A stretch of DNA of 45,264 bases from Candidatus Subterrananammoxibius californiae (GTDB lineage: Bacteria; Planctomycetota; Brocadiia; Brocadiales; Subterrananammoxibiaceae). Of the stretch, positions 38,447-45,264 are shown one piece after another. The notes beneath the pieces were generated by a model. That model was not told where the DNA came from. It saw only the letters and a program-made list of their open reading frames with translations, and ran no database searches. The position numbers and the translations under genes are program-made. The number at the start of each line of letters is the position of its first letter. Within the stretch, counting starts at the first letter, position 1. The stretch covers positions 109,938-155,201 of the forward strand of contig JAURAC010000003.1 in NCBI GenBank assembly GCA_030586555.1. Direction: 5' to 3'.

Positions 38447-38911
38447 TTATAATATTTTATTCAATTTCTCAATTATTTGTTTCCTGTGCGTGCCGCGCCA
38501 GTAAATTCTCATGCACTGGGGGCATTCCATAAAAATATCCTGTGTTTGATAAATAAATGATGGCACTCTATCCTCTGCATCCTTCTTCTCGATGTAATGA
38601 AGCTGGCTATTACAAACAATGCACCTTGATAGTATCCTCGGCAAAACCCTTATATCAAAATGCCTTACTACCTGCTTCAACTGTTCGAGGTAATCTTCAC
38701 TTTCAATATACAGGCAACGCCGCACTGCCTTACGATTGATTAGTTTGGTATCCCTCGTAAGCAATATGCGATTAGAGGCAATAGCCCTCCTTAGCAGTTC
38801 ATCATCTGAGATGACTTTATGGTATTCGACATCGTAGCCAATTATGCGAATCCATCTTGCAAGCCTGCCTAACATAGCATCTGCAATAAATTTTAAGTCA
38901 TCATTAGTCAT
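38447..38911 (-). CDS. Mut7-C RNase domain protein (DUF82)
   Basis: [31 protein letters not shown]...CPQC.RIYW.GTH. Confidence 0.92.
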   Translation of the reverse strand: MTNDDLKFIADAMLGRLARWIRIIGYDVEYHKVISDDELLRRAIASNRILLTRDTKLINRKAVRRCLYIESEDYLEQLKQVVRHFDIRVLPRILSRCIVCNSQLHYIEKKDAEDRVPSFIYQTQDIFMECPQCMRIYWRGTHRKQIIEKLNKIL

Positions 38912-39178
38912 AGATTGGCAACCGCCTTCAAATTCAATTATGACAATGCATTATTTGAGAGTCAATACAAAATAACCCATTTCGAACGCGGAATGCGGAG
39001 TGAGATATGACAATTCTGTAATCCACACTCCATAAATCCCCACTTGATATTAATGTCTCGCCGATTTTTTCCGATAATTAATTAATAATATAGTTATTAG
39101 TGCCTTGACCTTCCATATTGAGAGGCTGAAGGAAAGACAACGCCTTCAGCCTTAAGCCTTCAGCCTGAAAGGAGTGAA

Positions 39179-40027
39179 ATGCAGTACAACATCCAGAAGT
39201 TAGTAGAAAATGCTAGTGACCTAACCTGTAAACCCCAGGTAGTAACGAGAGCGGAGAATCTGCTTTTAGACCCCACGGTTGCCTTCGCCGAGGTTGCCAA
39301 GGTTGTTAGCATGGACCATGCCCTCGCCGCAAGAACGTTTAAGGTTGCCAATTCCTGCTTCTTTGGCCGCATGATAAAGGCAAAGACCCTCACGGAGGCT
39401 ATCGTTACAATCGGTATCAAAGGACTCTATTCCCTTGTACTCGTTCATACAATAAAGCAATACTACAAGAGCTTTGGATTGCAGGAAAGGTCTTTCTGGA
39501 ATCATGCAGTAGGTGTTTCAATAGCATCTATGACTTTAGCTGCCGAGCATGGACTCTGCTCTACAGAAGACGCCATGGTGTGCGGGCTATTGCATGATAT
39601 AGGAAAAGACCTGATGAATGGCACGGAACCAGACCATTATGCAAACGTAACAAGGAAGGTCTATAATGAAAGGGTTTCTTATTCCTGCGCCGAGCAGGAA
39701 TTGTTTGGCTTTACCCATTCTGAGGTTGGTTTTATGCTTGCCCAGAAATGGAATCTTCCGTCCGATGTACAAACGGTAATACTTTATCACCACAACCTGA
39801 AGACAATTGAAAAAGATGCCGTAGAACTACTCCGTTTAACCAGCATAGTCAACCTTGCAGATATAATGTGCATAAAGCTTGGTATGAGTATACAGGAATT
39901 CGATAATGGGTTCTCATGGGAAGATGTTGAAGCGGCTAAAATCCTCGAATTTTCGGAAGAACGATTAAATGAACTTGAACCAGTAATCAGAAGACGTATA
40001 GATGAAGAGAAAAAAATATTTGATTAG
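39179..40027 (+). CDS. HDOD domain protein (copy 1)
   Basis: D..LAAR..KVANS.FFG, FWNH, GLLHDIGK, FGFTH.EVG...W.LP, YHH. Confidence 0.9.
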   Translation: MQYNIQKLVENASDLTCKPQVVTRAENLLLDPTVAFAEVAKVVSMDHALAARTFKVANSCFFGRMIKAKTLTEAIVTIGIKGLYSLVLVHTIKQYYKSFGLQERSFWNHAVGVSIASMTLAAEHGLCSTEDAMVCGLLHDIGKDLMNGTEPDHYANVTRKVYNERVSYSCAEQELFGFTHSEVGFMLAQKWNLPSDVQTVILYHHNLKTIEKDAVELLRLTSIVNLADIMCIKLGMSIQEFDNGFSWEDVEAAKILEFSEERLNELEPVIRRRIDEEKKIFD

Positions 40028-40106
40028 CGGCGCAAGGCTGAGGGCTGAAGGCTGAGGGCTTTTTTCTTCAGCCTATCTCCTTCAGCCTATCTACTTGGGA
40101 GATATT

Positions 40107-40964
40107 ATGAATTACAGCATTGAAGATATCATGGAAAGGGCAAAAGAACTCACAACAAAGCCCGAAATCGTTGTGAGGGCTGAACAGATGCTCTTAGACC
40201 CAAATATATCATTCAAAGATATAGCCAAGGTTGTTAGCATGGACCCGGGTCTCACCGCAAGGGCGTTTAAGGTTGCCAATTCCTGCTTTTTTGGGCGGCT
40301 TAGCAAGGCAAAAACCCTTACAGAGGCAATTGTTACTATTGGCATCAAAGGGTTGTACTCGCTGGTACTTGTCCATCTTATAAAAGAATATTATAAGACC
40401 TTTGGACTTCAGGAAATGTCTTTCTGGAACCACTCAGTGAGCGTCTCGATATCCTCTATGATACTCGCTACGGAAAAGGGATTGGGGGAGGTAGAGGATG
40501 CTATGGTTAGCGGGCTTCTGCATGACATTGGGAAAGACATTCTGAACAGTGCAGAGCCTGAAACTTATGCTGACATTACCAGGAAGGTAAGGTGTAATGG
40601 TATTTCTTACGCATTAAGTGAGCAGGAATTGTTTGGCTTCACCCATGCCGAAGTAGGCTTCGAGCTTGCGAAGCGATGGAATTTCCCAGAACACATTCAA
40701 AAAGTAATACTTTACCACCACAACCTTTTCTGCCTCAGGCAGATTGAAAAGGAATCTCCTGCATCGTTCTGGTTGACCAGTTTGGTAAATCTGGCAGACA
40801 CACTTTGTATAAGACTCGGCATGAGCATAAAGACACCTCAGAACGGATTTGGCTGGGGCGATGTGGAAGCCGCAAAAACCCTCGGATTTTCTGAAGAACA
40901 ACTTACAGAGCTTGAACCTGTAATTAAAACCCGTATCGAAGAAGAAAAGAGGATGTTTGATTAG
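40107..40964 (+). CDS. HDOD domain protein (copy 2)
   Basis: Close paralogue of copy 1; start at ATG 40107 or TTG 40095. Confidence 0.9.
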   Translation: MNYSIEDIMERAKELTTKPEIVVRAEQMLLDPNISFKDIAKVVSMDPGLTARAFKVANSCFFGRLSKAKTLTEAIVTIGIKGLYSLVLVHLIKEYYKTFGLQEMSFWNHSVSVSISSMILATEKGLGEVEDAMVSGLLHDIGKDILNSAEPETYADITRKVRCNGISYALSEQELFGFTHAEVGFELAKRWNFPEHIQKVILYHHNLFCLRQIEKESPASFWLTSLVNLADTLCIRLGMSIKTPQNGFGWGDVEAAKTLGFSEEQLTELEPVIKTRIEEEKRMFD

Positions 40965-41054
40965 CAAGGCGATAGGCTATAGGCGACAGGTTGTTTGTTG
41001 CCCATAGCCTGTTGCCCATAGCCCATAGCCTATATCAATCTGGAGAGAACCGCA

Positions 41055-42473
41055 TTGAAGACAAAGTGGAAGCTGTTGGTAGTCTTAAATGCTGTGGTAT
41101 TTTTAATCTTCATCCTTATTGCCACTGCTTTTGTGACAAATAGAAATACCCTGACCTTTACAGGAATAATGTTAACAACATGCCTTGCCATTGGCACTTA
41201 TTCGGTATACCGTAAATTTATAGAACCATGTGATATGCCAAGTGAAAAAGACAAAAAGCAGTTACAGGAATATGTAACACATTTAGAAAAAGAAGTTGAA
41301 CTGAAGACCAAAAAACTGGATAATACTGTAAAAGAATTCAAGGTGATTAACGAGCACCTCGTAAAGATAGCTACCGTCGTTGAACAGATAAATAAGCTGA
41401 GTTTTGCAATCAACACAACACTGCATCTCGATGAAATCTTTAATACTATTGCCGATTATGCCAGGAATCTTACGTCATCTGAATATTGCTTGATGATATT
41501 AACTTCCGAAGAAAGGAACCTTTCAATAGGTGGCACCGCAGGTATTCCAAGCCAGAATCACGCAATAAATATCCTGCAAAGTAACAATGGCTTGTGCAGG
41601 AAGGTCATTGAGGATGGTAGACCGATAAGGCTTAACAATATCAATGGCGATGGCAATGTAGTGGGACTGCGTTTTGAGGGACTGTTTGTACGAGACTTTA
41701 TGGGCGTGCCCTTCTTCAGCAAAGGGAAAACCGTCGGCGAACTTGTTGTGCTTAATAAGAAAGAAGACGATGGTTTTACAATGGAAGACCATGAAATGCT
41801 TATTACCCTCGGTAATCAGGCAGCCAATGCCATAGAAAGCAAAAAGCTGCAGTATGTTGAGAGGGAAACCCAGCTTATTGTAATGATAAAGATGGCTCAG
41901 CTTGCTGAAAAGAGAGACCCTGAAACCGGAGGTCATATAGACAGAATGCGGTTTTATTCCAGAGCCCTTGCAGAGGAAATGCGTAATTTTGATAATTACA
42001 AGGATATGATTGATGATAATTTCGTTAAATCAGTCTTTGAAGCAAGCCCGTTACACGACATTGGAAAGGTTGGCATACCAGATGGTATCTTGCTTAAGCC
42101 CAGGAGCTTAACAAAGGAAGAATTCGAGGTGATGAAACAGCATACAACAATTGGCGGAAACATCCTTGATGGTCCACCATTCCTGAAAACAGGAAAAGAG
42201 ATTGCATTGTGGCATCATGAGAAGTATAATGGAGCAGGTTATCCACACAAATTAGCAGGAAATGAAATACCGCTTTGTGCAAGGATAGTGGCTCTAAGTG
42301 ACGTCTATGATGCCTTTACCTCCAAGAGGGTGTACAAAGAAGAATATTCTCATGAGAAAGCGCTTACATATATTAAAGAAGAGGCAGGAAAACACTTCGA
42401 CCCTGACGTTGTAAAGGCATTCTTGAACCGGGCAGACGAATTTATTAAAATTAAGGAAAAAAACAAGAACTGA
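41055..42473 (+). CDS. Membrane-anchored GAF + HD-GYP cyclic-dinucleotide phosphodiesterase
   Basis: 2 TM, GAF, RDPETGGH, LHDIGK, HHEKYNGAGYP, DVYDAFTSKRVYK. Confidence 0.9.
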   Translation: MKTKWKLLVVLNAVVFLIFILIATAFVTNRNTLTFTGIMLTTCLAIGTYSVYRKFIEPCDMPSEKDKKQLQEYVTHLEKEVELKTKKLDNTVKEFKVINEHLVKIATVVEQINKLSFAINTTLHLDEIFNTIADYARNLTSSEYCLMILTSEERNLSIGGTAGIPSQNHAINILQSNNGLCRKVIEDGRPIRLNNINGDGNVVGLRFEGLFVRDFMGVPFFSKGKTVGELVVLNKKEDDGFTMEDHEMLITLGNQAANAIESKKLQYVERETQLIVMIKMAQLAEKRDPETGGHIDRMRFYSRALAEEMRNFDNYKDMIDDNFVKSVFEASPLHDIGKVGIPDGILLKPRSLTKEEFEVMKQHTTIGGNILDGPPFLKTGKEIALWHHEKYNGAGYPHKLAGNEIPLCARIVALSDVYDAFTSKRVYKEEYSHEKALTYIKEEAGKHFDPDVVKAFLNRADEFIKIKEKNKN

Positions 42474-42504
42474 CTTACCTTTTAAGTAAGCATGAAAGGA
42501 AAGA

Positions 42505-43731
42505 ATGACAAATCCCCATGACCACCACCCGCCTCAGGCAGGCGTTTCTGGGCATTCCACAAAGCAGGCATATACTGAGCGAAGCGAACGTAGTGAGACA
42601 ATTAGAGAAGCCTACAGCCGCATGCAGCATGATACCAAAGGAAAAGCTTCAACAGAATTTATGAAAAATCTAAAAAACCAGTTGAGGCTTCTCTTCTGGG
42701 AAACTACTGCGGGCTGCAACCTCGAATGCATTCACTGTAGAAGACTTGATGTAAGCAAAGAAATTGCGAAGGACGACCTTACTACCGAGGAATCCTTTGC
42801 ATTCATTGACTCATTAGCGGAGACCCAACGCCCCATCCTTGTTCTAAGCGGTGGAGAGCCCCTCTTCAGACCTGACATCTTTGAAATAGCACGCCATGCA
42901 ATTGAGTGTGGATTGACTGTGGCACTTGCAACAAACGGAACATTAATAGATGAACGTCTTGCGAAGAAGATTTTTGATACCCGTATCCAGCGGGTTTCAA
43001 TAAGCATTGATGGCGCTGATGCAAAAACGCATGATAATTTCCGTAAGCTTCCAGGCTCATTTGAAATGGCTATCAGGGGCATTAATCATCTAACACGCCT
43101 CGGCATGGAAGTGCAGATTAATTGCACAATCGCTAAACATAATGTTGAACAACTCAAGGACCTTTATGAGCTTGCCTTAAGGCTGAATGCGGTAGCAATG
43201 CACATCTTCATGCTTGTGCCGGTAGGCTGTGGCGTTCAAATAGCCGAAGACCAGATGCTTCCTGCCCAAAAATATGAAGAGTCGCTGAACCTGTTCTACG
43301 ACCTATCGAAAAATGCAAAGATACAGACCAAGGCAACGTGCGCTCCTCATTACTTTCGCATCATGCGCCAGCGGGCAAAGCAGGAGGGTATTACAGTAAG
43401 CCCCACAACACATGGCATGGCTGCCATGACAAAGGGGTGTCTGGCTGGTACTGCCGTATGCTTTGTTTCCCATAAAGGGGAGGTCTTCCCATGCGGTTAT
43501 CTGCCTGTAAATGCCGGAAATGTTAAGACCCAGAGCTTCGCCGAAATATGGAACGATTCGAAGGTATTCCACAACCTCCGAAACGCAGATTTACTGGAAG
43601 GAAAATGCGGCATCTGTGAGTATAAGAAGGTATGTGAAGGGTGCAGGGCAAGGGCATTTTACCAGTCGGGTAATTACCTGGCAGAAGAACCGTATTGCAT
43701 CTACGAACCCAAAATAGCTCATGGTTCGTAG
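42505..43731 (+). CDS. Radical SAM/SPASM heme biosynthesis protein (AhbD/NirJ-like)
   Basis: FWETTAGCNLECIHCR, SGGEPL, KATCAPHYFR, GCLAG, SPASM cysteines; start uncertain. Confidence 0.82.
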   Translation: MTNPHDHHPPQAGVSGHSTKQAYTERSERSETIREAYSRMQHDTKGKASTEFMKNLKNQLRLLFWETTAGCNLECIHCRRLDVSKEIAKDDLTTEESFAFIDSLAETQRPILVLSGGEPLFRPDIFEIARHAIECGLTVALATNGTLIDERLAKKIFDTRIQRVSISIDGADAKTHDNFRKLPGSFEMAIRGINHLTRLGMEVQINCTIAKHNVEQLKDLYELALRLNAVAMHIFMLVPVGCGVQIAEDQMLPAQKYEESLNLFYDLSKNAKIQTKATCAPHYFRIMRQRAKQEGITVSPTTHGMAAMTKGCLAGTAVCFVSHKGEVFPCGYLPVNAGNVKTQSFAEIWNDSKVFHNLRNADLLEGKCGICEYKKVCEGCRARAFYQSGNYLAEEPYCIYEPKIAHGS

Positions 43732-43853
43732 CTCATAGTGGAGAGAGAAAACCAAATAGAAATATCTAAACGAAAAATTTAAAATTAAAATGACCGAATT
43801 TTTGCTTTTTAATTTTCTATTTATAATTTTCTATTGAATCCTTTCCATCAGCT

Positions 43854-45264
43854 ATGAACTATCTTACAACTACCACAAGAGGACGGATTACTGTCAGGGA
43901 AATTGCACATTCAGCTACACCCGTATCCGTATTTAAAGCCGTTCAACACCACTCACCCTGTTTTTTCCTCGATAGCTCACTACTAAAAGATGGCATTTCA
44001 AGATATTCCTTTATAGGCTACGAGCCCTTCCTTACACTCAAGGCAAAGGGTCCCCATATTGAAATACAAATTCCATATCGAAATCGTACTGGACAAAACA
44101 AATCCTCAAAACCCAACACTCAAAACTCAACACTTCATGCTAACCCATTTGCTGTGCTTAGAAACCTCTTATCGCACTTCCGATTTGAAACGGATAACAT
44201 CCCCGTCCCATTTGTAGGTGGGGCTGTAGGTTACCTCGCCTACGACCTGTGTCATTTTATTGAGAAATTGCCAGCTACCAAGCCAGACGATATCGGCTTT
44301 CCAGATATGTACTTTGGGTTTTATGACACAATTATTGCCTTTGACCACCTACTTGACAAATGTTACGTAATAGCAGTGGACTTTGACGAAGATTGTAGAC
44401 CATATATACAGGAGAAACACCCATCTGCACAAGAAAGGGTTGAACAAATAGAGTCAAGAGTCAAGAGTCAGGAGTCAGGAGTCGTGGAGAATTTTATTCA
44501 AGACTCAAAACTCACGACTCACGACTCACGACTCATAAAGAGCAACTTTACACCCCGTGAATACATGGAAATGGTAAGAAGCGCAAAGGAATATATAGCC
44601 GCAGGGGATATTTATCAGGTCAACCTTTCGCAGCGATTTAAGACGCAAATAAGCACTCCCCCACAGGAGCTTTATCTAAAATTAAGGGAAATAAACCCAG
44701 CACCTTTTGCCTGTTATCTTCAGTTTGATAACCCTGAATCCCCCGTATTAAATACGGGGTCAGGGCAAACTATGGCAATAGTAAGTTCATCCCCTGAACG
44801 ATTTCTCAGCGTAAGCGAAGGTCGTGTACAGACACGCCCAATAAAGGGTACCCGTCCAAGAAGTCCCGATAAAAAGATTGACTTGCAAATGAAGCGAGAG
44901 TTGCTTTCCAGTCCTAAAGATAATGCAGAACTAACGATGATTGTTGACCTTGAACGGAATGACCTTGGGCGTGTATGCAACTACGGCTCTGTTAAGGTGG
45001 TGCAAAAGAAGGTGGTAGAAAGCTATCCTACCGTCCATCACCTTGTAGCAACCATTGAGGGTGACCTTCATCCACGGTACGACATAATAGACCTGATAAA
45101 AGCAACCTTTCCCGGCGGTTCAATCACAGGAGCACCAAAGATACGGGCTATGCAGATTATTGACGAACTTGAGCCCACAAGGCGCAGCGTCTATACTGGG
45201 GCTATTGGATACATAGGGTTTAATGATTGCATTGACCTCAATATCGCAATCAGAACCTTCTTGA
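43854..45264 (+). CDS. pabB: Aminodeoxychorismate synthase component I (partial, runs off the window)
   Basis: Translated by hand from ATG 43854: FFLDS...RYSFIG, FVGGAVGYLAYD, GDIYQVNLSQR, SSSPERFL, TRPIKGT, AEL.MIVDLERNDLG, FPGGSITGAPK. Confidence 0.88.
   Translation, partial: MNYLTTTTRGRITVREIAHSATPVSVFKAVQHHSPCFFLDSSLLKDGISRYSFIGYEPFLTLKAKGPHIEIQIPYRNRTGQNKSSKPNTQNSTLHANPFAVLRNLLSHFRFETDNIPVPFVGGAVGYLAYDLCHFIEKLPATKPDDIGFPDMYFGFYDTIIAFDHLLDKCYVIAVDFDEDCRPYIQEKHPSAQERVEQIESRVKSQESGVVENFIQDSKLTTHDSRLIKSNFTPREYMEMVRSAKEYIAAGDIYQVNLSQRFKTQISTPPQELYLKLREINPAPFACYLQFDNPESPVLNTGSGQTMAIVSSSPERFLSVSEGRVQTRPIKGTRPRSPDKKIDLQMKRELLSSPKDNAELTMIVDLERNDLGRVCNYGSVKVVQKKVVESYPTVHHLVATIEGDLHPRYDIIDLIKATFPGGSITGAPKIRAMQIIDELEPTRRSVYTGAIGYIGFNDCIDLNIAIRTFL
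44451..44534. repeat. Inverted GAGTC/GACTC heptamer array, in frame in pabB
   Basis: Encodes ESRVKSQESGVVENFIQDSKLTTHDSRL. Confidence 0.85.

Noticed and set aside
34972..39048. 15-bp direct repeat AAATCCCCACTTGAT at ~34972 and ~39034 as island boundaries
   Set aside because: No integrase or tRNA nearby, and the second copy is part of a heptamer array; cannot be distinguished from chance.
4920..44534. CRISPR array interpretation of the repeats
   Set aside because: Units are 6-8 nt tandem or dispersed hairpins with no repeat-spacer periodicity, and no cas genes are present.

Overview
About 40% GC bacterial chromosomal window. Gene content (futalosine-type UbiD/MqnL, Ahb-type heme radical SAM, AmrS, short P-II) suggests an anaerobe, possibly Planctomycetota/Brocadiia; this is inference only. 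Left 23 kb: one minus-strand Tad/Flp pilus operon (flp pseudogene, flp, structured intergenic RNA, tadE, cpaB, cpaC, two tadG-like pilins, cpaE, cpaF, tadB, tadC). It runs directly into a prenyltransferase-repeat protein, a Tat-signal DUF362 protein and three GT-C-like membrane proteins. It has a clear sigma54 promoter with paired enhancer sites and a divergent NtrC-family regulator plus kinase. Right half: housekeeping genes (bioB, P-II, amrS, ubiE/menG, ubiD/mqnL, larE, ahbD-like, pabB partial) interleaved with two type II TA pairs, a pentapeptide protein, a four-helix-bundle gene and signalling genes (PAS kinase with cysteine hydrolase, two HDOD, HD-GYP). Most notable: (i) a 226-aa N/G/Q prion-like insert in a TadG-like pilin; (ii) a candidate pilus glycosylation/modification cassette; (iii) inverted GAGTC-heptamer arrays that bracket the four-helix-bundle gene and also occur 'empty' in frame in three other genes; (iv) a G-U-rich strand-specific RNA structure after flp; (v) an AUA start on the secretin; (vi) several REP-like hairpin families translated inside proteins. 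All calls come from motif recognition; no database searches were run.
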